Below, one piece after another: positions 38,241-46,569 of a stretch of DNA of 64,000 nt. The notes beneath the pieces were generated by a model that saw nothing but the letters and a program-made list of their open reading frames with translations, searched no databases and was not told the DNA's origin. The translations under genes and the position numbers were made by a program. The stretch is taken from positions 785,090-849,089 of the forward strand of contig CP066684.1 in assembly GCA_016432325.1 (NCBI GenBank), read 5' to 3'. Within the stretch, counting starts at the first letter, position 1. Each line of letters starts with the position of its first letter. The stretch is from Candidatus Aenigmatarchaeota archaeon (lineage in GTDB: Archaea; Aenigmatarchaeota; Aenigmatarchaeia; PWEA01; JACQIF01).

Positions 38241-38891
38241 ATGAAGCAGCTTTTTGACGGAGTCTACGAAAAGAATGGCACGCTTCTCACGCTCAACGCG
38301 CGGCCGGGCCAGCGCGCCTATACGGAGAAACTCGTGAACGTCGGGAACAAGGAGTACAGAGAGTGGATTCCTTCCAAGTCGAAGCTCGGCGCGGCGATAA
38401 AAAACGGCCTGAAGACGTTTCCTTTCACGCGCGCTAGCGCCGTACTCTATCTCGGCTCTTCCACAGGCACGACGCCGTCCCACATCTCCGATATCGTCAC
38501 GGACGGGACTGTTTTCTGCGTTGAATTCGCGGAGCGCGTCATGCGCGAATTCCTGCATTTGGCCGAGCAGCGCAAGAACCTGGTCCCGATTCTGGCCGAC
38601 GCCCGCAAGCCTCAGGACTATGCGTGGGTCGGTTCCGTGGACGTCGTCTACGAGGACGTGGCGCAGCCGGACCTTGTGGAGATAGGAATCAGAAACGCCG
38701 AACGTTTCCTGAAGGACGGCGGTTGCCTGATGGTAGCGATAAAGTCGCAGAGCATCGACGTCACCGAAAAGCCGGGCGTTACGTACAAGGCGTGCGAACG
38801 CAAGCTGAGGGACGCAGGCTACAAGGTCGTTGAGACGATTATTCTGGAGCCGTACGAGAAGGACCATGCGATGATTGTGGCGAGGAAATGA
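38241..38891 (+). CDS. flpA: fibrillarin-like rRNA/tRNA 2'-O-methyltransferase
   Basis: 216 aa; YREW...VLYLGSSTGTT.SHISDIV...DVAQPD...FLKDGG...DVTE...EPYEKDHAMIV typical of archaeal fibrillarin. Confidence 0.85.
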   Translation: MKQLFDGVYEKNGTLLTLNARPGQRAYTEKLVNVGNKEYREWIPSKSKLGAAIKNGLKTFPFTRASAVLYLGSSTGTTPSHISDIVTDGTVFCVEFAERVMREFLHLAEQRKNLVPILADARKPQDYAWVGSVDVVYEDVAQPDLVEIGIRNAERFLKDGGCLMVAIKSQSIDVTEKPGVTYKACERKLRDAGYKVVETIILEPYEKDHAMIVARK

Positions 38892-38892
38892 T

Positions 38893-38998
38893 TGGTAGCG
38901 GGGGCACGATTTGAACGTGCGACCTCAGGGTTATGAGCCTTTAGCCAGCGTGCAAGAAGCACGTTGTCTGCGAGCACTCCAGGCTGCTCCACCCCGCT
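38893..38998 (-). tRNA. initiator tRNA-Met (CAU) with an intron in the anticodon stem
   Basis: Hand-folded: AGCGGGG/CCCCGCT acceptor with A1:U72, anticodon loop CUCAUAA, GG/CC anticodon-stem pairs, T-arm GCACG-UUCAAAU-CGUGC, encoded CCA; approx 28-nt insert between positions 29 and 30; TATA about 28 nt upstream. Confidence 0.65.
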
Positions 38999-39021
38999 AT
39001 GAAGTAGACTGAGAAAATAGT

Positions 39022-39624
39022 CTATTTAACCGTGTCGAACGCCCGCATCTCTGAAATCTCCAGAGCCAGCTCCGTTGTCGGCGCGGCGTCGGCTTTCGCG
39101 GGGCGGAACTTTCTTACGGCCAGTCTGAGCGCTTCGTCAGGACCAGTGTAGCCGCCGAAGCGCAACTGCATCTCCATAATCGGTTTGGCGGCCGGTGTGA
39201 ACGGTATGCCGACGCTTTTCAGCGTGTGGTATATCTCATCGAGGGTTTTAGGTTCGATTTCTGTAGCGTTGTAAGATGGCCTGAAGCCTGTCGCGCCTCT
39301 CTTATTGTAGACGTCCCACTGGTGGAACTTGTACTCGTATGCCTTGTCGTGCAGCTCTCCGGGCATGCCCTCGTGCTTCTCGGCCCGCGGGTCTTTCTCC
39401 ACGCATTCGATGGGCCCGTCTTCCGCGATGGATAATCTCTTCGCGCATTTGTAGACTTTGCTCTGCGATGCATCGAAGGCGCGGAGCCTGCGGCTGTTGG
39501 CTATGAAGGGAAGGCTCGGTCTCAGCTTCAGGCCATGGAACTCGTCTATCGTATCAAGAAGCGGGGTATCCAGAGGGTCAGCGATGTCTATCGGCTTGCG
39601 CGGACTGGTTGCCATGCGTTGCAC
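39022..39624 (-). CDS. hypothetical protein
   Basis: 200 aa; no family recognised. Confidence 0.4.
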   Translation of the reverse strand: MQRMATSPRKPIDIADPLDTPLLDTIDEFHGLKLRPSLPFIANSRRLRAFDASQSKVYKCAKRLSIAEDGPIECVEKDPRAEKHEGMPGELHDKAYEYKFHQWDVYNKRGATGFRPSYNATEIEPKTLDEIYHTLKSVGIPFTPAAKPIMEMQLRFGGYTGPDEALRLAVRKFRPAKADAAPTTELALEISEMRAFDTVK

Positions 39625-39718
39625 CAGAACGGTTTAATACCCAAACGGATAAATAGCCTTCATGTTCGCCCGTTCGCGTCATGGCTCCCGGAACGGGGAT
39701 AATGGAACCCGCGGTTCC

Positions 39719-40837
39719 ATGTTTGCCAGTTACCAGTCGTGCTTTTCGTGCAAGGCCCGCTATCGCGCGAACGAGCGCGTCTTCCGCTGCGAGCGCTGCA
39801 AAGGCTCGCTCTTGCTCGTGTACGACAGGCTGCCGCAGAGGAAGGCCGTGCGTTCGAAGGCCTTCGCGCTGACGCGTCCTCACCATTGGAAATACTGGAT
39901 GTTCTATCCTGTTAGGCGCGAGCGCGCCATTACGATGGAAGAGGGAGGCACGCCTTTGTTGCAGAGCAAGACGCACAACCTGTGGTTCAAATATGAGGGT
40001 GAAAACCCGACCGGTTCTTTCAAGGACAGGGGCTCTACAGTCGAGATAACGCATGCGAAGGAGTTGGGCGTCTCGCGCGTCCTGTGCGCTTCGACAGGCA
40101 ACATGGGCGCGTCCGTTGCCGCGTACGCTTCACGCGCACACATGCAGGCCGAGATATGGCTACCGAAAGGCACGCCTCCTGTAAAGACGCGACAAATAAA
40201 GGCGTACGGCGGACGCGTGGTGCGCTACGGGCGCACGTACAACGAAACACTTGAGAAGACGTTCGAGCTTGCGAAGCGCGCATATCTTGCAGGCGATTAC
40301 GCTTACAGACTCGAAGGACAGAAGTCTGTTGCGTTCGAGATTGCGGACCAGCTGAAATGGCGGGTGCCCGATTACGTGGTCGTCCCTGTCGGCATGGGCA
40401 CTCTTGCCTTCGCCACGTACAAGGCGTTTGCGGAACTCGAAGCGCTCGGCTTGACGAGCAGGATGCCGCGGCTCGTTGCCGTGCAGGCTGCCGGCTGCGC
40501 ACCTGTCGTTCAGGCGTTCGAAAAGAATTCGCACATGATAATACAAGTCAATAATCCGAGAACAATCGCGTCTGCAATCAACTGCGGCTATCCGAACTAT
40601 GGTCATGAGGTTCTGCGCGCGCTGCGCAAGACGAAGGGCTTAGCCGTGGCCGTTACTGACAAAGAAATCATTGCGGCGCAGCGCGCGCTTGGCAAGGAGG
40701 GAATTTTCGCCGAGCCCGGAGGCGCGGCTTCGTACGCCGGATTTTTGAAGGCGGGCTTGAAAGGCTCTGTGGTCTGCGTAGTAACGGGTTCTGGACTGAA
40801 GGATCCGTTTGCTGGCGCGAAGAGGCGATCAAAATGA
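39719..40837 (+). CDS. thrC: threonine synthase
   Basis: PLP-binding NPTGSFKDRG motif; N-terminal Cys cluster (CFSC...CERC); start trimmed to MFASYQ. Confidence 0.7.
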   Translation: MFASYQSCFSCKARYRANERVFRCERCKGSLLLVYDRLPQRKAVRSKAFALTRPHHWKYWMFYPVRRERAITMEEGGTPLLQSKTHNLWFKYEGENPTGSFKDRGSTVEITHAKELGVSRVLCASTGNMGASVAAYASRAHMQAEIWLPKGTPPVKTRQIKAYGGRVVRYGRTYNETLEKTFELAKRAYLAGDYAYRLEGQKSVAFEIADQLKWRVPDYVVVPVGMGTLAFATYKAFAELEALGLTSRMPRLVAVQAAGCAPVVQAFEKNSHMIIQVNNPRTIASAINCGYPNYGHEVLRALRKTKGLAVAVTDKEIIAAQRALGKEGIFAEPGGAASYAGFLKAGLKGSVVCVVTGSGLKDPFAGAKRRSK

Positions 40838-41280
40838 GCCAGGAACACTCCGCAGGCGCGATAATCTTCAGAAACGAGAACGGTCGGCGCGTCTATCTTC
40901 TTCTCCACTACATTTCAGGCCACTGGGACTATGTGAAAGGCCACATAGAGAAGGGCGAATCCCTGGAAGAGACTGTCAAACGCGAAACGATGGAGGAGAC
41001 GGGACTGAAAGACCTGCGGTTCGTGCACGGTTTCCAGCACAAGATACAGTACTTCTTCCGCCGTGGCCGGACCACTGTAACGAAGGACGTTGTTTTCCTG
41101 TTGGCCGAGACGCAAACCGCACGCGTAGTCGTTTCAGAGGAGCACAAGGGCTACGACTGGCAGCCTTACGCACAGGCGCTGGAGAAAACCACTTTTGAAA
41201 CTGCGAAATCCGTCCTGAGAAAGGCCGAGGAGTTCTTAAACGTGTACGGGAACCAGAAAGTTCCAGACAATATTCGTTAA
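40834..41280 (+). CDS. Nudix hydrolase
   Basis: Nudix box GHIEKGESLEETVKRETMEETGL; overlaps thrC stop by 4 nt. Confidence 0.75.
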   Translation: MSQEHSAGAIIFRNENGRRVYLLLHYISGHWDYVKGHIEKGESLEETVKRETMEETGLKDLRFVHGFQHKIQYFFRRGRTTVTKDVVFLLAETQTARVVVSEEHKGYDWQPYAQALEKTTFETAKSVLRKAEEFLNVYGNQKVPDNIR

Positions 41281-41412
41281 ACCCACGTTTTAAGTTTACG
41301 GTTGCCGCGGTAAATCGTTCCACGTCAGAGAAACGTTTCCACAGGAAATATACCCATAAATTAATCGGCGATTGACGTATATAGGGTTTTAAATGGTCGT
41401 CCCCCAGTTTAG

Positions 41413-41460
41413 GCTGTTCGAATGCCGAAACATTTGAACTTTTCGAACACGGTTCGAAAA
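41413..41460 (+). promoter_or_regulatory. cluster of TTCGAA palindromic motifs upstream of small membrane protein gene
   Basis: GCTGTTCGAA, TTTTCGAACA, GGTTCGAAAA within 50 nt; the same motifs recur at 44991-45031. Confidence 0.3.
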
Positions 41461-41482
41461 TACCCACTAGGGTGAAAAAACA

Positions 41483-41785
41483 ATGGCCATATTCGAGATA
41501 GGTGCATCGGCCGCGTCCACTGGTTTGAACCTTGGACTCGTGTTGCTGATCGTGCCGGTATTGGCCGAATGGGCGAAAGTCAGGAAGGGCTCTGAGAAGG
41601 CCTATGCCTGGATAGCCGCAGGAGGAGTATCGTTCATACTCGCTTCGGCTTTCGGGGCTTCGGGAACTCTGAGCACATATGCGGCCAGCGCAGCGTCGTC
41701 TGGCTGGCTCCTGTTTGACGCCGTCGGCTTCATATTGGTGCTGGTTGGCGCTCTGATGGCGTTATACAACTCCGTGAGCGGCTGA
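41483..41785 (+). CDS. small membrane protein
   Basis: 100 aa, 3 TM helices; SD-like GGTGA 8 nt upstream; oligo-T tract downstream. Confidence 0.45.
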   Translation: MAIFEIGASAASTGLNLGLVLLIVPVLAEWAKVRKGSEKAYAWIAAGGVSFILASAFGASGTLSTYAASAASSGWLLFDAVGFILVLVGALMALYNSVSG

Positions 41786-41894
41786 AACTTTTGAACATGC
41801 CGCGACACAAAACGCCGCGTTTTTCTTTGCTTCTCCATTTTTAACTGCCAATAGACGTACGTCTGCGCGACTTTATGGAAAGCTTTGAGAAAAA

Positions 41895-42062
41895 CTACTT
41901 CACGGACACCTTCATCAACGTGCGGTTTATCTTGCCGCACTTCTTGCAGAATATCTCCGTGCTGTAGGAGCCGTCGCCCGAAGGGCCGAGCTTCATGCCA
42001 GGAATGAGCACTTCGAGCTTCGTTTCGCCCGAACCGCATCTCTTGCAAACGAGGTTCTCCAT
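41895..42062 (-). CDS. small zinc-ribbon protein (55 aa), not in ORF track
   Basis: MENLVCKRCGSGETKLEVLIPGMKLGPSGDGSYSTEIFCKKCGKINRTLMKVSVK; CxxC-x26-CxxC; diverges from hemK-like gene around a shared TATATAAA. Confidence 0.4.
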   Translation of the reverse strand: MENLVCKRCGSGETKLEVLIPGMKLGPSGDGSYSTEIFCKKCGKINRTLMKVSVK

Positions 42063-42137
42063 CTCTAGTATCACAATAACACCCTGTCTCTTCTAAGGAA
42101 AGAGAGGTATATAAAGCTTTTCAGACCCATTAGAACC

Positions 42138-42701
42138 ATGCAAAAGGCGTATTTCAAAGGCTTTGGGCTGGAGATATTTGACACGGTTTACGCGCCACGG
42201 GAAGATACGGAACTGCTTCTTGACATTCTTGACGTCAAGCGTGGCGAGCGCGTGCTGGAGATAGGAATCGGTTCTGGCGTCGTTTCCATCGCGGCGGCCA
42301 AACGAGGCGCAGATGTGACGGGCGCGGACATAAATCCGGAAGCCGTCAGGTGCGCCGAGAGGAACGCAGAGACGAACAACGTCCGCGCCACGTTTTTGCA
42401 GAGCGACCTTTTCGCGAACGTCAGCGGAACATACGATGCAGTGCTGTTCAACGCTCCTTATTTGCCTGTTGCAGAAGACCCAATCTGGTCCGCGGGCGAG
42501 AATCTGGAGGTTTTGGAGAGGTTCGCGCAGGGATTGGGCAAACATCTGAGACCGGAAGGACGTGCGTTGGTCGTAATATCATCCTTGACAGGCATTGAGA
42601 AGGTCAAGAAGATGTTTGAGAAGAACGGATTCGCAGTTTCAATGGCAGGCGAAAGGAAGGTTCCAGGAGAGACGCTGTACGGCTTAAGAATAGAAACCTA
42701 A
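42138..42701 (+). CDS. HemK/Mtq2-family protein (release factor glutamine) methyltransferase
   Basis: SAM-binding LEIGIGSG and NAPY (NPPY-type) motif; TATATAAA 25-30 nt upstream, leaderless. Confidence 0.7.
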   Translation: MQKAYFKGFGLEIFDTVYAPREDTELLLDILDVKRGERVLEIGIGSGVVSIAAAKRGADVTGADINPEAVRCAERNAETNNVRATFLQSDLFANVSGTYDAVLFNAPYLPVAEDPIWSAGENLEVLERFAQGLGKHLRPEGRALVVISSLTGIEKVKKMFEKNGFAVSMAGERKVPGETLYGLRIET

Positions 42702-43492
42702 TTCTCTCCAGGCAGACGTTTGGTCATTTCCAGAGTGTTTACTATACCGTCCAGCTCCTTTTCCACGTTATCCGTCAGCTGGTTGAGGCGCGATATTGAA
42801 ACCTCATCGTATACGCCTACGTATCCCATCATCTGCTCGTCGAGTATCTTATCGAGCAGCTCGCTGAGATCGTTGTACAGGTCCATCTTTTCCGCTGTTT
42901 TGGCGTCTCTGGAGCTCTTCTCCACGACGCGCTTCATGTCAACTATCTCAAATTGCACGTGGAGAACTATGGCCGAGAACCCGGATTCCAATCGCGACAT
43001 CCTATCCAGTTCGTTGACCGTTTGCGCGGTCTCCCAGTCGGCTATCATTTGGTCCAGCTTGCCTAACTCCCGATCGTAATTATTCACAAACGCGCCCAGC
43101 CCCGGCACTTCTTCCCGCAGGGGATGCAGCAGAAGACGTTCCTTATAGTTGGCCAGCATATCTCTGCGAGTCTTTCTCAACCCGACGGAGAAATGCTTCA
43201 TCCCGTTTGCGAACGCGTGGAGTATCTTGGACAGCGGGTCCAGCCGTTCAAAACGCATCCTTTCCGCCTCGTCGGCAAGCGCGTTCTCCCGCAACAGATC
43301 TCTTATCTCAGTGATAACGACCCTGTAGAGCTTGTTGAGTTCATCCGAATGCTTGGCATACATGTCAAGATTGTGGGACTCGACGTCTTTGGACAGTTCG
43401 TAAAGCAGGACTCTGAGCTCGTCGTTCTTCTTGTGCATCTTCTGCAGGATAGACGCGGCTCGCTCATCCATTGTCTTATGCAGGATTCCCAT
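42698..43492 (-). CDS. hypothetical helical protein
   Basis: 264 aa, charged/helical composition; no family recognised. Confidence 0.4.
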   Translation of the reverse strand: MGILHKTMDERAASILQKMHKKNDELRVLLYELSKDVESHNLDMYAKHSDELNKLYRVVITEIRDLLRENALADEAERMRFERLDPLSKILHAFANGMKHFSVGLRKTRRDMLANYKERLLLHPLREEVPGLGAFVNNYDRELGKLDQMIADWETAQTVNELDRMSRLESGFSAIVLHVQFEIVDMKRVVEKSSRDAKTAEKMDLYNDLSELLDKILDEQMMGYVGVYDEVSISRLNQLTDNVEKELDGIVNTLEMTKRLPGEN

Positions 43493-43574
43493 GCGCCTAA
43501 TTCACAAGCGAAAGATATAAACCAGAGCCTCCGCTGTTCAAACAAAACAAAAGAAGAAAAAGAAAAACCCGCGC

Positions 43575-44219
43575 TCAGCGCCTTCTGCGACCCTTGTACT
43601 CGTCTTCGTAGCTCTTCGCGAGGTCTGCTACGACGTCCTTGAGTCCGAGGCCGAGCGCTATCGCCACGCCGAGACCGACCGCCGCTACCAAAATCAGCAG
43701 TATCTCGTCGACGATGAGCAATGGGATTCCTATCACCCGCAGAGCCACAGACAGGCCGAGGTACATCACCAGGAAGAAGATGATCTTTCCTGTAAGCTTG
43801 GAATAGACCGTCCTCGAGCTGATGAGCTCCTCCTTGAAGTAGATTCCCACGGCATAAGCGACGAGCATGACGATGCCCGCTGCTATCATGTCCGGCAGGA
43901 AGCCTACGACTGTGCCCACGAACGCCGCCAGGGCTGCTATGCCCAGCACGTCCGCGGACGCCTGTATGAACACCAGATAGACTACCCAGCGGACTATCAT
44001 GTCCAGGAAGTGCGAAACGCTCACCTTGATGTGCGCTTCCTTCCTGAGTTCCTTGTCCACGCCTGCGCGCGTCAGGAGCTCGTAGGTCACCCTACCCAGG
44101 GCTCTGCCGATGATGTAACCCAGTGCCAGCAACACGACTGCTCCGGCCAGATTCGGGATGAATATCGCGAAACTGGTCCAAAGGTCGGTGGCAATGCCTA
44201 CTAAAACATCGACTGCCAT
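43575..44219 (-). CDS. membrane protein with repeated conserved TM-helix motif (MscS-associated TM_helix-like)
   Basis: 214 aa; repeated LAGAVVLLALGYIIGRALGRV-type helices, C-terminal basic tail. Confidence 0.4.
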   Translation of the reverse strand: MAVDVLVGIATDLWTSFAIFIPNLAGAVVLLALGYIIGRALGRVTYELLTRAGVDKELRKEAHIKVSVSHFLDMIVRWVVYLVFIQASADVLGIAALAAFVGTVVGFLPDMIAAGIVMLVAYAVGIYFKEELISSRTVYSKLTGKIIFFLVMYLGLSVALRVIGIPLLIVDEILLILVAAVGLGVAIALGLGLKDVVADLAKSYEDEYKGRRRR

Positions 44220-44338
44220 AGGCTACGTGCGCAGGAGGGGTTATTAAAGCTTTCTGCGCGAGGCGCGGAAAGTTAAGAACGGATGTTTTTGAGCTTTCTG
44301 ACTGACGTGCGTTGTGGCCAGAGGTTCAAAGTCATTGT

Positions 44339-44524
44339 TGGTGGGCCCGCTGTGATTTTCTCATACGCCGGAAGGCGTACTTTCCCTAAAGGCTTTTGGA
44401 CGGAAATGTCCAAAAGGCTTTGAACACAGGTTTCCAACATGTTAGCTCGTTCTTCATCTTCGCTTCAGAAGCTTAGAGACGAGTCCCCAAGCTGGAGTCC
44501 TAAACCAAGCTAGACTACGGGCCC
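44339..44524 (-). tRNA. tRNA-Pro (GGG or UGG anticodon) with two introns (anticodon loop and T-loop 59/60)
   Basis: Hand-folded: acceptor GGGCCCG/CGGGCCC, D-stem GUCU/GGAC, anticodon arm CCAGC-UUGGGG..-GUUGG split by an approx 44-nt insert, T-stem CUGUG/CACAG with UUCAAA plus an approx 62-nt insert containing a 10-bp hairpin, encoded CCA. Confidence 0.65.
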
Positions 44525-44549
44525 AGTGGGAATAACGCCACAGACCAAC

Positions 44550-44559
44550 CATTTATACT
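44550..44559. promoter_or_regulatory. single TATA element (ATTTATAC) centred between divergent tRNA-Pro and tRNA-Ala genes
   Basis: TTTATA at 44552-44557 lies about 28-30 nt from the 5' ends of both divergent tRNA genes (44524 minus, 44583 plus). Confidence 0.4.
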
Positions 44560-44582
44560 TGTTTACCAGAACGTGCCTTCGA

Positions 44583-44831
44583 GGGCAGGTAGTCGTAGCA
44601 CGCTTTTGCGAAAAGCGTGGGCAAAACGACGCCACCTATGGGCAGGTAGTCTAGACAGCACACTTTAAAAAAAGTGTGGGCAAAACACAAATTGCCAGCT
44701 GGGAAAACGGAATGACGTCACGTTCGCAACGTGAAGGTCGCGGGTTCAAACCGGGCTTTCTTCCAAAGAAAGCACGGGTGCAAAGAAGGTAAGCCTTCCG
44801 GCACTCAACGGAAATCCCGCCCTGTCCACCA
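44583..44831 (+). tRNA. tRNA-Ala (CGC) candidate with T-loop intron and a large insert in the D-arm region
   Basis: Hand-folded: acceptor GGGCAGG/CCUGUCC with G3:U70, anticodon arm UCACG-UUCGCAA-CGUGA, T-stem GCGGG/CCCGC with UUCAAA plus 64-nt insert, encoded CCA; 5' module GGGCAGGUAGUC occurs twice (44583 and 44640); D-arm not resolved. Confidence 0.5.
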
Positions 44832-44863
44832 TTTTTATACTTTACACTCTGTACGTTCCTTGC

Positions 44864-44973
44864 GGACCCGTAGCTCAGGTGGTTAGAGCGCTGCTCTGAT
44901 AGTTGGACATCGATACGTTGATGTCCTTTTGGTCAGGCAGAGGCCCGGAGTTCAAATCTCCGCGGGTCCACCA
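44864..44973 (+). tRNA. tRNA-Ile (GAU) with canonical 33-nt intron after position 37
   Basis: Hand-folded: acceptor GGACCCG/CGGGUCC, D-arm GCUC-AGGUGGUUA-GAGC, anticodon stem CUGCU/GGCAG, loop CUGAUA|intron|A, T-arm CGGAG-UUCAAAU-CUCCG, encoded CCA; TATA (TTTTTATA) about 25 nt upstream. Confidence 0.75.
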
Positions 44974-44990
44974 CAAATTTCAAGGCAAGG

Positions 44991-45055
44991 ATTTTCGAAC
45001 AAAGTTCGAAAACTTCGAACCGCTGTTCGAAGACAGTTGAAACGCGAAGCGTTTC
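44991..45055 (+). promoter_or_regulatory. TTCGAA motif cluster plus GAAACGC-GAA-GCGTTTC hairpin upstream of small membrane protein gene
   Basis: TTTTCGAACA, GTTCGAAAA, CTTCGAAC, GCTGTTCGAA (44991-45031) then palindrome GAAACGCGAAGCGTTTC (45039-45055); TATA-like CTTTTATA follows. Confidence 0.3.
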
Positions 45056-45103
45056 TTGGGGTCCACCAAAACCTTTTATACAGGGAACGTCGATAAACTC
45101 ACC

Positions 45104-45439
45104 ATGGCACTGCCCGCTATCGTCTGGCTCCTCGTTACGGCAGTAAACCTCATAGTTGAAGTGCTGGCCGCCGTCATTGCGTTCAATATGAGCCGCAAGG
45201 TCAAAGGCGACCTTCTGCGTAAGATGTTTATAACCTTCGGAATTATCATACTTCTCAACACGGCGGCTGACTTCAGCACATACCTTGTCTTTCAGGTGCC
45301 GTCAATCCAAGCAGCCGCCGCCGCGGCGAGCTCACCCCACAGCGATTTTGTCGTTGTCTTCAGGCTACTGAGCAACCTCGCACTCGTCTATATGATGACG
45401 CGTTTCGAGGAGTTCAAGAAGCAGTTCACATTCGGTTGA
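45104..45439 (+). CDS. small membrane protein
   Basis: Track ORF (TTG start at 45056) trimmed to ATG 45104 (MALPAIVWLLV); 3 TM helices. Confidence 0.4.
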   Translation: MALPAIVWLLVTAVNLIVEVLAAVIAFNMSRKVKGDLLRKMFITFGIIILLNTAADFSTYLVFQVPSIQAAAAAASSPHSDFVVVFRLLSNLALVYMMTRFEEFKKQFTFG

Positions 45440-45471
45440 GCTTTATATCTCTTATTCTCAAACTGGACTTG

Positions 45472-45697
45472 CGCCTGGGTGGCTCAGTGGTAGCGCCTTT
45501 TTGCTGCGGCAAAAACCCGCGGGAATGCACGGAACAACGTTCCGGCACATCGGGAGCGCACTCCCGAATGAAATCCGCGCCGCGCGCCTAAAGAGCACCA
45601 GACTCATAATCTGGGGGTCGTGAGTTCGAAGCCTTACTGCCCGAGAGGGCGGTAAGTGAAACGCGCAGCGTTTCAGGAGTTACTCACCCCAGGCACC
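45472..45697 (+). tRNA. elongator tRNA-Met (CAU) with two introns (D-arm approx 100 nt, T-loop 59/60 approx 51 nt)
   Basis: Hand-folded: acceptor GCCUGGG/CCCAGGC, D-stem GCUC...GAGC separated by a highly structured insert, anticodon arm CCAGA-CUCAUAA-UCUGG, T-stem GUGAG/CUCAC with UUCGAA plus insert, encoded CCA; TATA (TTTATATC) about 27 nt upstream. Confidence 0.65.
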
Positions 45698-45733
45698 ATA
45701 ATTCGATACAAGAACGTTGTATATTGTCGAGAA

Positions 45734-46027
45734 CTACGCCTCTACCGCTCCTGAATCGAGAGCGGCATAGGGAACGTTGACGCGTAGCGCAAGCGTGTAG
45801 AACGCAGCGCTGTTCTCGCCGCGCTCTTCCCTGAATACGGCGCTCTGCCTTTCAAGGCCCTGGAGACACGATCTCACGTCTTTCGTTTCCCATCCCGGGA
45901 ATGCATCGTATATGGTTCTTTCCTCGACTTCGCCGTCTCTTGCGATTATGTTCAGAATCCAGCTCTCGATGACGGTCTTGCGTTTCTCTGTTGCGCCGTC
46001 GCGCGCGAACCGCGAGAACGTGTTCAT
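45734..46027 (-). CDS. hypothetical protein
   Basis: Track ORF 45734..46198 trimmed to internal Met (MNTFSRF) because the 5' part overlaps a better-supported small Cys-rich ORF. Confidence 0.35.
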   Translation of the reverse strand: MNTFSRFARDGATEKRKTVIESWILNIIARDGEVEERTIYDAFPGWETKDVRSCLQGLERQSAVFREERGENSAAFYTLALRVNVPYAALDSGAVEA

Positions 46028-46077
46028 CGCGTCCAGTTGGACAAGATAGGATTTATACGCGAGAGATAAACAGTCGT

Positions 46078-46209
46078 TTACTTCTTCGGCTTCGCCTTGC
46101 ACGCCCTGCAGCCGTCGCGGCCTATGCAGGAGAGGCATACCTGCGACTTGCAGGCAACGCACTCGTGCATCTCTCCGACGCGCTGGCAGGCTTCGCATGC
46201 GCCTCTCAT
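46078..46209 (-). CDS. small 4xCxxC zinc-ribbon protein (43 aa), not in ORF track
   Basis: MRGACEACQRVGEMHECVACKSQVCLSCIGRDGCRACKAKPKK; TATA (TTTATATC on minus) about 25 nt upstream. Confidence 0.45.
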   Translation of the reverse strand: MRGACEACQRVGEMHECVACKSQVCLSCIGRDGCRACKAKPKK

Positions 46210-46240
46210 AGAAATCACATTCGTAAATGCAGGATATAAA

Positions 46241-46420
46241 TCAGAACGTTTCCTCTTCTGACTCGTCTGGCGATGCTTCTGCCATCGTGGCGCGGCCGTG
46301 GCATATCTGGCAGCCGTAGTCCTGCAGGCACTCGGCGCACACGCGCGCGGCGCAGACCGGGCATTCGCGCAGCGTGCGCACTACCTCTCCGCAATGCTGG
46401 CATACTCCTGCCATGTACAT
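46241..46420 (-). CDS. small 4xCxxC zinc-ribbon protein (paralog)
   Basis: MYMAGVCQHCGEVVRTLRECPVCAARVCAECLQDYGCQICHG...; same Cys spacing as 46078..46209; start may instead be upstream Met at 46489. Confidence 0.45.
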   Translation of the reverse strand: MYMAGVCQHCGEVVRTLRECPVCAARVCAECLQDYGCQICHGRATMAEASPDESEEETF

Positions 46421-46569
46421 ATCACCTGCCGGACAAGACGCATGAAACCCGGGGGCTTCACGGATGCCTCGACACTCGCGTAGAAACAAAAATTCATGTA
46501 TTTAACCTTTCTTAGGCCGACAGTCGACGAATTTTTAGCTTAAATAAAGTTGCGCAGAAGACGACTCGT

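Noticed and set aside
44380-44860. Possible RNase P RNA or SRP RNA in the 480-nt ORF-free stretch
   Set aside because: No conserved RNase P or SRP motifs were found; the sequence resolves into two intron-containing tRNA genes.
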